A stretch of 64,000 nt of DNA, taken from the IMG/VR virus record IMGVR_UViG_3300041402_000314, positions 140,150-204,149 of that record. One strand, 5' to 3'. Both the position numbers and the translations under genes were made by a program. This document shows, one piece after another, positions 28,461 through 38,370 of this stretch; positions within the stretch are counted from its first letter, which is position 1, and each line of letters begins with the position of its first letter. The notes under the pieces were generated by a model. That model had not been told where the DNA came from. It saw only the letters and a list, made by a program, of their open reading frames with translations, and ran no database searches.

Positions 28461-29444
28461 ATGTTTAGTCATGAAACTTTCAATCAGACAGAAACTAATT
28501 TCAATCATATTTATTTAGGTGTTGTAGAAGATAATAACGACCCTGATAAAGCAGGAAAGGTACAGGTAAGAATAGCTGGTTTACATACACCTAAGAAATC
28601 TCAGTCAAATACTGAGGGTATTCCAACAGAAGAATTACCTTGGGCTTTGCCGATGATGCCAATTACAAGTGGTGCGGTAAGCGGTCTAGGATATAATGGT
28701 GTTCCTGTACAGGGTGATTGGGTAGCTCTTTTCTTTATCGGTGGTAATCACAATAATCCTGTTTATTTTGGAACATTAAAAAGTAAACCTGTTACTCCTG
28801 TAGATAGTAGCAAGGGATTTAATGACCCTAAAGGTAAATATCCTCTGGAAACAGATAAAGCCGATTGGAATAAAGAGGCTAGATATGATGGCTCAGAAGA
28901 ACTAAAATCATTAAAGGATGGAAATGTTGAAACCTTTGAACCTTCATCACCAGCGGAACCAGTTTATCCGAACAACACTGTATTTGAGACTCCAGATGGC
29001 GGTATTGTTGTTGAATATGATTCAACTCCTACTAAAGAAAGATGGCATGTTTTTCATAAGGCTTCAAAGTCATATATTGAGATTGGTCCGAATGGTGATA
29101 TGGTAATGAAAAGCACTGGTGATAAATATGAGATATCAGCAAAAGGTAGAAAAATATTTGTAAAGGACAATGATGTTCAACAGATAGATGGTAATCTCAC
29201 TATAACTGTTGCTGGTGATGCTACATTAGAAGCGACTAATATTAAGCTTGATGTATCAACAGTTATAGATGCATTAGCAGCTACTATAAATTTAGGTTCG
29301 GGTGCTGAAAAGGCTGTTTTAGGTGATACCCTTGCAATTTTATATGCAGCACATACGCATTTAACAACATCACCCGGAAACCCGACAAGTATACCGAGCA
29401 ACGTCTTAACTACAGCATTATCAAACAAGGTAAATTTAGATTAA
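28461..29444 (+). CDS. gp5: baseplate spike (gp5 OB domain plus beta-helix, no lysozyme)
   Basis: GVVEDNNDP...GKVQVRIAGLH, LPWA, YPNN, EYD.TP..ER; C-terminal HTH...PT..P. Confidence 0.9.
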   Translation: MFSHETFNQTETNFNHIYLGVVEDNNDPDKAGKVQVRIAGLHTPKKSQSNTEGIPTEELPWALPMMPITSGAVSGLGYNGVPVQGDWVALFFIGGNHNNPVYFGTLKSKPVTPVDSSKGFNDPKGKYPLETDKADWNKEARYDGSEELKSLKDGNVETFEPSSPAEPVYPNNTVFETPDGGIVVEYDSTPTKERWHVFHKASKSYIEIGPNGDMVMKSTGDKYEISAKGRKIFVKDNDVQQIDGNLTITVAGDATLEATNIKLDVSTVIDALAATINLGSGAEKAVLGDTLAILYAAHTHLTTSPGNPTSIPSNVLTTALSNKVNLD

Positions 29445-29459
29445 AAAGGTATATAAGAT

Positions 29460-29954
29460 ATGACAACTAATATTTCAACAGCACATCCAACTAAATTTAG
29501 ATTAGTATTTCCTTTTCTTCCTTTCTTAGGAGAGAACGAGAAAGGAGATGCCTTAATATTATATTGTAGTGAAGTAACACTACCCGATTTAAGTATGGAA
29601 CCAGATATTATACCTAATCAAATGTATGATAGTAAATTCGCTACAAAAAATCTAAGTTATGGTGATATGGAGGTAGTATATACTATCGATGAGAAATTCA
29701 CCAACTATAAATTGCTATTTGAGTGGATGATGTATCTTAAAGACCCTGAAAGATTTGAAGTTAGAAATGAAAAGATAGATGCCAGTCTTATGATCTATAC
29801 TAATAATGATAACCCTACATTCAAGTTTAATTTGAAAAGTATATTCCCCATTAATCTTAGTGGAATTAACTTCAGCAAGAAAACTGCTGATACTGAGGAT
29901 ATGGAAAATAATGTAACATTCGCAATGGAATATTACTTAATAGAGGAAGTATAA
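29460..29954 (+). CDS. tail-tube-fold protein (gp3/gp54-like)
   Basis: VTLP, Y..L/M.V...IDE...NY..L..W, FP..LS.I.F. Confidence 0.75.
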   Translation: MTTNISTAHPTKFRLVFPFLPFLGENEKGDALILYCSEVTLPDLSMEPDIIPNQMYDSKFATKNLSYGDMEVVYTIDEKFTNYKLLFEWMMYLKDPERFEVRNEKIDASLMIYTNNDNPTFKFNLKSIFPINLSGINFSKKTADTEDMENNVTFAMEYYLIEEV

Positions 29955-29955
29955 T

Positions 29956-30342
29956 ATGGCTAATGGAGATAGTATATATTCTGATTTAGACATGAAATGG
30001 AGAAAGTTGACCAGCGGTGATGTTTATAAGGTGTTTGATGAGACAGCTATAAACCAAGCACTTCTTTCCCTTTTTAGTACCTTTAAGGGTGAAAGATATT
30101 TCAACCCTACATATGGCTCACGGATACCTTTTCTTCTCTTCGAACCTTTTGATTCGTTGACGGCACAGCTTATTGTAGAGGACATTCAGGAATCCGTAAG
30201 AGTATGGGAACCTAGAGTAGAAATAACAGATTTGGATATTGATATGGATTTCGATAAACAAGTTTATAACGTAACAATGGTTTATAGAATAAAATCAACT
30301 ACAGAAACAGGTCTTTTCGAAACCATACTAAAAACAAAATAA
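29956..30342 (+). CDS. gp25: baseplate wedge protein (gp25-like)
   Basis: YSDLD, AI.QAL..L..T.KGERYFNP.YG, LFEP, EPRV. Confidence 0.92.
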   Translation: MANGDSIYSDLDMKWRKLTSGDVYKVFDETAINQALLSLFSTFKGERYFNPTYGSRIPFLLFEPFDSLTAQLIVEDIQESVRVWEPRVEITDLDIDMDFDKQVYNVTMVYRIKSTTETGLFETILKTK

Positions 30343-30350
30343 TATAAACA

Positions 30351-30358
30351 TATAAATA
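30351..30358 (+). promoter_or_regulatory. T4-type late promoter
   Basis: TATAAATA. Confidence 0.75.
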
Positions 30359-30394
30359 ATTACATAGATTCCAAACTATTATAAAGGATTATAC

Positions 30395-31927
30395 ATGGCA
30401 TTACAACTAAACTATTCGTCTTTCGATTTCAACACTATCAAACAAAATTTGATTACCTTACTCGAAAATGACCCTGTTTTCAAAGACTATAATTTTGGAG
30501 GGAGTAATATCAATACCTTCATCGAATTGATTTCTGGTATTGGAGACCTATTCAATTTTTACATCAATGCGATGGCTGATGAATCATACATCCAATCTTC
30601 TGAATTATATGAAACTGTGAATAAATTGGTAAACCTTATAGGTTACAATCCTAGTGGCTATACGGCTTCTTCTCTTACTGTAGATTTATCGGCATCTATA
30701 GATTTTTCTAATGATGATGACTACTTTGAGATACCCAAATGGACTGGTTTTAGTGTTTTCTCGACTTCTCCAGAAGGTGAAGATATAAAATATACCAATC
30801 CTTCTAAGGTAATATCCGTAGGTGTTGCCGGAACTAATATATTTGATGATAGTGTTTTTCTAATTCAGGGTATAAAGGAAGTATCAGACCCTTATATAGG
30901 TACAGGTAATGCCTTTCAGACTATAGAAATAGAAGAAGATAAAGCTATTGAGGGATATATAGAAGTAACTATAGATGATGTAGTATGGACTTATGTTGAA
31001 AACTTACATAGAAATGTAGATAGTACCTCGAAAGTATTCACCACTAGATATAACAAAAACAAGAAAGTCGAACTCTCTTTTGGAGATGGAGTTTTTGGCG
31101 TTATTCCTCCAATGAGTTCGGAAATTATTGTTACCTATATCAAAACATTGGGCGTGGATGGACAGATAGGAGCCAATGAAGTAACTGAAATGGACACTCC
31201 TATAGTAATTACTTTAGCTAACGGTACACCTACTGAAACAGAAATAGATTTTATTATTACTCAAACAGACGCTTCAGATGGAGGTAGGATACCTCTTAGT
31301 ATTGAAGAAGTGAGAGAGTATGGTCCTAAATCATTCAGAACTCAAGATAGAGTAGTTACATCTCAAGATCATGAAGATATATTAATTTCGGAGTTTAGTG
31401 AATATGTCTTACAGGCAATAGTATTAAGCAGTGATGATTATTTTGATTTATCGGGCGAATCTCCATCTACTAGCGGTAATTATTATAACAATGCTTATCT
31501 ATATGTTTTACCTATAACAGGAAACACCATTACAGGTAACTTACAACAAGAGATGTTAGACTTCTTAGAAGATTATAAAATGGCTACCCTACATTATAAT
31601 CTAAAGAATGTGGATTTTAGGGATATAGATACTGATATCAGCTTTAAGAGACAGCCAGAAACCGTTAGAACTGTATTGGAAGTTAGCACCGATATCGAAA
31701 CCACAGTAAAGGGATATTTTAGTAGATCAGAAAGAAAAATAAGTGAGGATTTGAAATATTCAGACCTTCTCAGTCAATTACAGAGTATAGAGGGAATATC
31801 TAGTTTAACTCTTTCACTCAGTTCTGATTTAGAAGCTGGCCTTAAGTATGAAAACATAGAGATGGGATTAGTACAATTCCCTATATTAAACAATTTAACT
31901 ATAGCCTCCGCTGGAACAGGAGAATAA
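30395..31927 (+). CDS. gp6: baseplate wedge protein (gp6-like)
   Basis: DF..IK..L, FKDYNF.GS, IGY.P, FGDGVFG..P, Q.RVVT..D. Confidence 0.92.
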   Translation: MALQLNYSSFDFNTIKQNLITLLENDPVFKDYNFGGSNINTFIELISGIGDLFNFYINAMADESYIQSSELYETVNKLVNLIGYNPSGYTASSLTVDLSASIDFSNDDDYFEIPKWTGFSVFSTSPEGEDIKYTNPSKVISVGVAGTNIFDDSVFLIQGIKEVSDPYIGTGNAFQTIEIEEDKAIEGYIEVTIDDVVWTYVENLHRNVDSTSKVFTTRYNKNKKVELSFGDGVFGVIPPMSSEIIVTYIKTLGVDGQIGANEVTEMDTPIVITLANGTPTETEIDFIITQTDASDGGRIPLSIEEVREYGPKSFRTQDRVVTSQDHEDILISEFSEYVLQAIVLSSDDYFDLSGESPSTSGNYYNNAYLYVLPITGNTITGNLQQEMLDFLEDYKMATLHYNLKNVDFRDIDTDISFKRQPETVRTVLEVSTDIETTVKGYFSRSERKISEDLKYSDLLSQLQSIEGISSLTLSLSSDLEAGLKYENIEMGLVQFPILNNLTIASAGTGE

Positions 31928-31937
31928 TAAATAAGAC

Positions 31938-33941
31938 ATGGCATTTAATCCTATTACAACAGGTTCACCTTTTGATGGTTTTTTCGAAGAACATCTTCCC
32001 AAATTCTTCTTCGAAAAATTCAAAGGAAATGACTTAATTAGAATTCAGAGTATCCTATCTAATTTGGAAATAGCTTTCGATAATATTTATCAGAAAACAA
32101 AAGAATTTCCAGATAATTTGGATATTGATATTGCTGAAGTAAAATATCTTTTTCATCTAGGGTCATTATTGGGCATTCCCGATATTGAGGATTTAAGTAA
32201 ATATTTCGATAGTGATGGAAATTTAGATACCGCATTAATAAATCAGAGTCAGTATGATAAGTTATATGTCCATCAAAGAACTCAAATTGCGGATGCTGTT
32301 GCTGGCTATCTATTAAAAGGAACTAAAGAAAGCATCATAAGATTATTACAAAGTTATGGAATAATTACAGATGTTAGGGAGCTATGGGCGGAGAATATCA
32401 TAGAAGGACCGTATTTTGAATATGAAAATTCATTAATAACTAGATATGGAAGTGCTATAACTGGTTCAGTATCGGGAGACGTATATACTGAAGACGAGCC
32501 TATTGATATAATTTCGGAGATTTCGGCTACGGTTCCATCGATAACAGGAATAGGCGATATTGAACAATTCGAAATGAATAACTATGGGTACAAATATTTA
32601 TTGGATGATAATAATACGCTTTATTATAAAACATCTACAGTAGCCGAAATATCTGGAAGTACAGAAGACACATGGTACGAATATGATTCATCCACATTGA
32701 CTATAAGTGGGGATATTATAGAGTTTAAATTATTAAACGATAAAATTTATCTAAGAACAGATGCCTATGATCTAGCGGTTTTAGATTATCATCTTGACGA
32801 TCTAACCATTACCCCAGATTTCAGCATTGATAATAATGATCTAATATTCTTTGATTTCATCGAAAATGGAACATATATCTTCTTGGATAGGGACTCTAAA
32901 CTAGAAGTAAGAAACGTTGATGATTATCAGCGTCTAGCTAATAGTATTGATAAGCCTGTAAGCAATACCGAAGATATCAATCAAATATTATTAAAAGAAG
33001 ATAAAGAGTATCTGATTATAAATACTAACAAGAAAGGATATATTTTAAACGTTGATACGAACGGAGGAACTTATAATCTAAATTCTCCTGCTACCGTATA
33101 TGATTTATTAATAGACTCGGACGAAATCAACTATAAAGGTTTTCGTATTGAAGACAACTCTTTCACTATTTTAAAATACAATACTTCTGATATTGCTTTA
33201 ACTGGTAGTTATTTTAGTTTTGATGACGATGATAATATGTCGATCACAACCCCAACCGTTTCAATTGCTTTCACTGAAGTAAATGATTACCACCAACATT
33301 TGGAACGTGTTTTGGTATTAGGTGACACTAATTTTGGAATTTTTAACTTAAAAGATAAATCTATAGTTGTTTATAATTATGTGACAACAGGCTACGATTA
33401 TAAAAAAGTTTTTGATTTGGATTTGTTTTACTTCTTAAGATTTAGTGGGTCTGATTTAGACCTAACAAAAATAACTGGATGGAACTCTTTTAAAGAATTT
33501 CTATACAAAACACATTATTTTGATTTAACCGTTGGTGAAGATATTTTAGATGGAGTTATCGATTTTACCATTACTACCTCTTCATTAAGAACATTTGTAG
33601 AAGATTTACTATTATTAGTTAAACCCATTCATACTGAATTAAGAGCGTTAACTACGATATTTGCTAATTATTTAGAAGATAGTATTACTGTTACTAATAA
33701 TGATTTATTATCGGAAGTTCCTGTCGTTTCGGGCGGCCCTGAATTCTCATTAATAATGTTAGCGAAATATAATGGTATACATCCTTGGAAACGAACAAAT
33801 GCACAACCTCTTAAATATAATAACGATGGGATTGGCGGAAATCCGACATTCAAATATGGTGATACCACCTTCAATTTTGAAATTGATACCGATAATACCG
33901 ATTTAGATAATTTAGTGTATTATAACACATCTTTACCATAA
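31938..33941 (+). CDS. baseplate wedge protein (gp7 / P2 gpI-like)
   Basis: YL..L..LLG, Y..KGT..SI, C-terminal VKPIHT. Confidence 0.75.
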   Translation: MAFNPITTGSPFDGFFEEHLPKFFFEKFKGNDLIRIQSILSNLEIAFDNIYQKTKEFPDNLDIDIAEVKYLFHLGSLLGIPDIEDLSKYFDSDGNLDTALINQSQYDKLYVHQRTQIADAVAGYLLKGTKESIIRLLQSYGIITDVRELWAENIIEGPYFEYENSLITRYGSAITGSVSGDVYTEDEPIDIISEISATVPSITGIGDIEQFEMNNYGYKYLLDDNNTLYYKTSTVAEISGSTEDTWYEYDSSTLTISGDIIEFKLLNDKIYLRTDAYDLAVLDYHLDDLTITPDFSIDNNDLIFFDFIENGTYIFLDRDSKLEVRNVDDYQRLANSIDKPVSNTEDINQILLKEDKEYLIINTNKKGYILNVDTNGGTYNLNSPATVYDLLIDSDEINYKGFRIEDNSFTILKYNTSDIALTGSYFSFDDDDNMSITTPTVSIAFTEVNDYHQHLERVLVLGDTNFGIFNLKDKSIVVYNYVTTGYDYKKVFDLDLFYFLRFSGSDLDLTKITGWNSFKEFLYKTHYFDLTVGEDILDGVIDFTITTSSLRTFVEDLLLLVKPIHTELRALTTIFANYLEDSITVTNNDLLSEVPVVSGGPEFSLIMLAKYNGIHPWKRTNAQPLKYNNDGIGGNPTFKYGDTTFNFEIDTDNTDLDNLVYYNTSLP

Positions 33942-33953
33942 CAGGAGATTAAA

Positions 33954-34478
33954 ATGATAGAAATTAAAGATGAAAGCAGTTCAATATTAAAAGGCGAACT
34001 CCATATTAAAATGTTTGACCGCGATGAACTAATTTTTGAAGGCTCGGAAAGAAATTTGGTAGTGGATAATAGTCAAATAATAGTAACTGGTTTGATTGCT
34101 TCAGATTTTGCGAATTATACTATATCACAAATAGGATTCGGTGATGGTACAACTCCTGCTATATCAGGCGATGCTATACTTCAAGGAGATTATACTAGAA
34201 AGAAAGATGCTGATATAGGCGATAATGTAATATTTGGAGCTAATATAGCACAGGTTTATTGGAATGTTGACTATGATAATGATATAGGTGGAAAAACATT
34301 CGAGGGCGGTATAGGCGGTACTTGGACTGATGGCGACCCATTTACAATAAAGGAATTTGGATTATTTTCTACTAATAATAATATATTCAATAGAATTGTT
34401 TGGACAGGACCAGATTTAGTTATGGATGTGGGTATACAAATCGAAGGGCATTTCGCAATAACAGTAAACATAACTTAA
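33954..34478 (+). CDS. tail-collar / fibre attachment protein
   Basis: NLVV, IGFGDGT, I.EFGLF, FNR pattern. Confidence 0.7.
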   Translation: MIEIKDESSSILKGELHIKMFDRDELIFEGSERNLVVDNSQIIVTGLIASDFANYTISQIGFGDGTTPAISGDAILQGDYTRKKDADIGDNVIFGANIAQVYWNVDYDNDIGGKTFEGGIGGTWTDGDPFTIKEFGLFSTNNNIFNRIVWTGPDLVMDVGIQIEGHFAITVNIT

Positions 34479-34494
34479 AAATAAGGATTATAAC

Positions 34495-35637
34495 ATGGCG
34501 ATAATTAGCGATACTTCAATAACACCAATATTGAGTTCAGACGATGTAACCGCTGAGACTGCGAATACTGCTCACGATGAATTGAAAGTCCATATAGAAA
34601 CTTTAAATACTTATCTTTCTGCACAAGTCGAGGATTGGATTGTTATCGATTCCGAAGGCGATTATGCAACATTAACGGCTTATCTTGCAGATGCACCAGC
34701 GGCAGGAGATAGAATACTTGTTAAGGAAGATCAAACCGTTACCGTCCAGACGGGTATCCCTTCAGATGTAACTATAAAGTTTCTGGATGGCGCGAACCTT
34801 TTAAGCTCGACCGCAATTGCTACATCATTATTGAAGATGGGAAGCAACGTTATAATTGAAGGCGTATTAAATATTGTTATGAATCAAGCCGGAACAACTG
34901 CAAAAGCAGTTGAGTTTGATGGAGACAATGTAGTTGGTAAAATAAATGTTTCTAATGTATCGTCAGGTATAGTGACAACTGCTTATCACATCAATGGTAA
35001 TAAAACAGGAAATAGAATTGATGGGTTTGTTCAAAATACAGGAGGCGGTACATTAACAAATTACTTTATTGATAATTCTACTGAGGATTCAAACCTATTG
35101 ATACTTGTGGACGCTGCAAATAATATAATTAGAACTAACGGAACTGCTTTTGTTGATTTATTGAATCCACAAGATATTGCAGGAGAAAAAACATTGCTTT
35201 CTAGCCCCATATTAAAAGGCACGGCTCCATCTTTGAGACTTGAAGAAACTGGCGTAGCTGCGGATAATGGAAAATGGGCTATCGCTGCCAACGGTGAAAT
35301 ATTAACTTTAGCTGTGGTCAATGATGCTGAATCGAGTTCGTCTACCGCGTTAGCTATAAGCAGAACTGATACAACAGTTGATACAATTAATTTATTACCA
35401 ACTAATTTACAACACAATGGAACAAAAATACCTACTGTCAGCAGTACAGATACATTGTCAAATAAATCCTTTTCCGATTTGCCTGTATGCGATGTTGGAA
35501 TAACTCTAGTTCCGGGAGGCACTACTACCCCAACGCATAGTGCGCCGCTAGGGACTTTATGGGTTGGTTCTAATGCTACTTTATGGATAAATGAAAACGG
35601 TGCTACACAGTGGATAATTGTTGGACTTCAAAATTAA
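34495..35637 (+). CDS. tail fibre / receptor-binding protein
   Basis: beta-rich; Q.I.G.KT and T.TL.NK fibre motifs, AP.GTLW. Confidence 0.7.
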   Translation: MAIISDTSITPILSSDDVTAETANTAHDELKVHIETLNTYLSAQVEDWIVIDSEGDYATLTAYLADAPAAGDRILVKEDQTVTVQTGIPSDVTIKFLDGANLLSSTAIATSLLKMGSNVIIEGVLNIVMNQAGTTAKAVEFDGDNVVGKINVSNVSSGIVTTAYHINGNKTGNRIDGFVQNTGGGTLTNYFIDNSTEDSNLLILVDAANNIIRTNGTAFVDLLNPQDIAGEKTLLSSPILKGTAPSLRLEETGVAADNGKWAIAANGEILTLAVVNDAESSSSTALAISRTDTTVDTINLLPTNLQHNGTKIPTVSSTDTLSNKSFSDLPVCDVGITLVPGGTTTPTHSAPLGTLWVGSNATLWINENGATQWIIVGLQN

Positions 35638-35776
35638 TATTTCGATTTAATGGCTGTTAAAAGTGAAGATGAGAGTATAGCACATATAAATTGGCAATGT
35701 CCTAATTATATTTGTCAAGATATTCCTGCAAAATTAGTAGTGGAAACTTTTAATCAAGAAATTTTTAAATGAGTGT

Positions 35777-35816
35777 AAAACATGAGAAGTTATCCCTAGA
35801 ACTTCTCATGTTTTTT
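35777..35816. terminator. bidirectional intrinsic terminator
   Basis: AAAACATGAGAAGTT/AACTTCTCATGTTTT between convergent genes. Confidence 0.8.
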
Positions 35817-35827
35817 GATTTATCTTT

Positions 35828-36214
35828 TTAAAAGTTTAATCTTCCTTCAAGTATATTAAATTTACCTGCATTATTACTTGCGTACCTACCATCTACAGCG
35901 TGTTGGCATTCATGCCTAAACTTTATCTCAAAGTTACCAACTTCTTTTTTAATCCCTAAAGCATAGTTAATTTGCTTAGGGTATGCTCCACGCTCATCTA
36001 TATCTCTCATTAATGTTGTCTCTTTAATAAAGAGTGTAGGCCACTTCTTAGATTTGATCTCTATATATATTCCTGCGTAGTAAGATATGTCTCTACCCTC
36101 TAAACCGATTTTCCCATAATTAAGATACTTTCCTAAAAACAAATATCCCGATGTTTCAGCAAAACATGTAGACGGAAATAGTAGTAATAATAAAAGTAAG
36201 ATCATTTTTTTCAT
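35828..36214 (-). CDS. secreted, probable small outer-membrane beta-barrel protein
   Basis: SPI signal peptide (CFA-E), alternating beta-strands, terminal Phe (EGRLNF). Confidence 0.65.
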   Translation of the reverse strand: MKKMILLLLLLLFPSTCFAETSGYLFLGKYLNYGKIGLEGRDISYYAGIYIEIKSKKWPTLFIKETTLMRDIDERGAYPKQINYALGIKKEVGNFEIKFRHECQHAVDGRYASNNAGKFNILEGRLNF

Positions 36215-36259
36215 TTTATCCTCTCCTCCATTAAAGTTATCTCACTCACTTATAATTAC

Positions 36260-36288
36260 ATCATACCACAACCATTCAGTAAAGTCAA
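36260..36288 (-). promoter_or_regulatory. sigma70-type early promoter
   Basis: TTGACT-17nt-TATGAT. Confidence 0.75.
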
Positions 36289-36314
36289 TCATTTTTTCAA
36301 TAAAAAGTAAAAGA

Positions 36315-36322
36315 TATAAATA
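36315..36322 (+). promoter_or_regulatory. T4-type late promoter (lysis operon)
   Basis: TATAAATA. Confidence 0.75.
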
Positions 36323-36364
36323 ATTGAAAGTAATTTTATTTCATTTAAGGACAAATTATAAACC

Positions 36365-36739
36365 ATGACTGAAGAAGAAAAATTAGAAAGGAGAGAGTCA
36401 TTGAGTGAAGATGCTATCGAAGACGTAGTTAGAAAAACTTTACAGCGGATGAACGGCGAGAAAGACATCATTGCTAATAGAGCCACTGATAGAATTGTCA
36501 AGGAAATGAGTAAAAAATTCCATCTTGACTTCGAGGACGAAGAAGAAAAGAAGCAATTTAAAGCATCTATACCACAATTAATTGAACTAAATAAATATCT
36601 TAATACTACCAAAAAAAGTGCTAGATGGATAGTCCTGCTTTTATTAGCATGGGCGTTACAAGATGTTTTCGCATGGGTTTGGGAAACTTCCAAAGCTTTA
36701 TACGATTGGATAGAAGTATTAAAAATTAGCGGGAAATAA
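36365..36739 (+). CDS. single-TM lysis-module membrane protein (holin/antiholin candidate)
   Basis: C-terminal hydrophobic segment; directly precedes the endolysin. Confidence 0.55.
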   Translation: MTEEEKLERRESLSEDAIEDVVRKTLQRMNGEKDIIANRATDRIVKEMSKKFHLDFEDEEEKKQFKASIPQLIELNKYLNTTKKSARWIVLLLLAWALQDVFAWVWETSKALYDWIEVLKISGK

Positions 36740-36741
36740 TT

Positions 36742-37299
36742 ATGATAGTTTATTGGAGCGTAGGACATGACGCAAAGCGAAAAGGCGCATATAATGAGAA
36801 ATATAACATATATGAATATGATGTATGTGTTGAACTAACTCAATATTGCATCGAGGAAGCACTAGGATTGGATATAGACAGCGAAAAAGTTTATTCCGAC
36901 TGTCTGGGTGCAGCAATAAAAGAAATCAATCAGAAGGCAAATACGGACGATATAGCTATAGAGGTTCATGTTAACTCCATCTCTGCTCAACATGCGGATA
37001 GAATTCATGGTTGTGAAGTCGAATACTATAAAGGCAGTAAGCGAGGAAAAAAATTAGCATATTATGTCCAGAACTCAATAAAGGCTTTTCATAAATTGAG
37101 AGATTGTAAGAACGATGCTAGAGACGATCTTGGATTTTTAGAGAAGACTAAATGTACTGCTATCATCCCAGAACCTTTCTTTCTTTCGAGTGATCAAAAT
37201 GTACAGCGATTTCTAATAGGCGATAGAGAAGCAAAATTACGAGGTCTTGCATATACGATAGCTTTAGGCGTAAAACAATTTATAGATCAGGAGACGTAA
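36742..37299 (+). CDS. endolysin, N-acetylmuramoyl-L-alanine amidase (Amidase_3)
   Basis: GH...E...HVN...G.E...L.FL..T...AII.E..F. Confidence 0.9.
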   Translation: MIVYWSVGHDAKRKGAYNEKYNIYEYDVCVELTQYCIEEALGLDIDSEKVYSDCLGAAIKEINQKANTDDIAIEVHVNSISAQHADRIHGCEVEYYKGSKRGKKLAYYVQNSIKAFHKLRDCKNDARDDLGFLEKTKCTAIIPEPFFLSSDQNVQRFLIGDREAKLRGLAYTIALGVKQFIDQET

Positions 37300-37592
37300 T
37301 GGCTGAAGAAAAGAAATTAGGATTTTGGGGATACTTTAAACCATTGGTTTGTGATAATGATAGTGGATTGTCATTAGGGAGGATATCTTTCTGGATAGTT
37401 CTTTATAAGGCTCTAAGCATATGGGAAGTTATCGTAAGCACTAAGGGAGAGGTGTCTATAGTAGATATACCACCATATTTATTTTATCTATTAGGCGCAT
37501 TACTAGCTTATGGATGTTATAAAAAATTAACAGACCCGAAATCCATCATATTAATTAAAGCGTGGAAAGGAACGGATAAAGAAAATGTTTAG
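37299..37592 (+). CDS. putative holin
   Basis: two TM segments, SLGRI motif, IP...L..LL.Y...KK. Confidence 0.7.
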   Translation: MAEEKKLGFWGYFKPLVCDNDSGLSLGRISFWIVLYKALSIWEVIVSTKGEVSIVDIPPYLFYLLGALLAYGCYKKLTDPKSIILIKAWKGTDKENV

Positions 37593-38007
37593 TGCAATAA
37601 TAGATATTTTTAAGAACTTAACAGCCATTATAAAGAATCTGAATCTAACTAGAGAACAGACTATTATAGCCTTATGTGTCTTTGCGTTAGCGGGGAGCTT
37701 ATGGGCAGTCAGTCATTATAAAGGTGAGGCCAATAAATTTGAAATAGATTTACTTTCTACTCAAAAAGAATTGTTCATCGAAAGAAATAATCCGACAATC
37801 GATACTAATATCAAAGAGAAGAAACAGCTACAGTCTGAATTGAATAATAAGAACAAAGAATTAGTAATGCTTTATAAAAAATATAACGATCTTCTGAGTA
37901 GTGGAATCACATACACAGAAGCAATGGAGGGATTAGGTGATATCAACAATACGCAAGACATCTGTGATGCTTGGGTTCGTCTTGGTTTCTATATTTGTGA
38001 CGAATAG
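37585..38007 (+). CDS. putative i-spanin (Rz-like)
   Basis: N-proximal TM, coiled coil, two C-terminal Cys. Confidence 0.6.
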   Translation: MFSAIIDIFKNLTAIIKNLNLTREQTIIALCVFALAGSLWAVSHYKGEANKFEIDLLSTQKELFIERNNPTIDTNIKEKKQLQSELNNKNKELVMLYKKYNDLLSSGITYTEAMEGLGDINNTQDICDAWVRLGFYICDE

Positions 38008-38359
38008 CGCATTTGCCGAAGAAGATAAAAAAGTACATTTAAACGTTCCACATTCTATGAATGCTCTCATAACTTTTCAACATTGTAAAGTAAATTCAAA
38101 AGTCAAAGATGAAAAGATAATTGTCCTCAGTGATATTATAGCAAAGGAAGAAGAAAAAGTCAAGAATCTTTTTGATCAGAATAGATTATCTATTGAGAAT
38201 AGTGATATGCATAAGAAGCAAGCTAAAGAATGGAAGAAAGAATATAAACAATGTACAAAGGAATTGATAGATGCTAAAGACTGGCCTATATGGAAATTCG
38301 ATTTTAAAAGTATAAGTGTAGGTTCAATATTAACATTACTTGCAATATTAGTAATTTAG
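37937..38359 (+). CDS. putative spanin partner, overlapping the Rz-like gene
   Basis: signal peptide AFA-EE, coiled coil, C-terminal hydrophobic tail. Confidence 0.55.
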   Translation: MISTIRKTSVMLGFVLVSIFVTNSAFAEEDKKVHLNVPHSMNALITFQHCKVNSKVKDEKIIVLSDIIAKEEEKVKNLFDQNRLSIENSDMHKKQAKEWKKEYKQCTKELIDAKDWPIWKFDFKSISVGSILTLLAILVI

Positions 38360-38370
38360 GAGATAAATAA

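Noticed and set aside
35638-35772. In-frame extension past the tail-fibre stop or a 40-aa ORF
   Set aside because: No RBS and a TAA stop; probably a gene remnant, and read-through cannot be supported.
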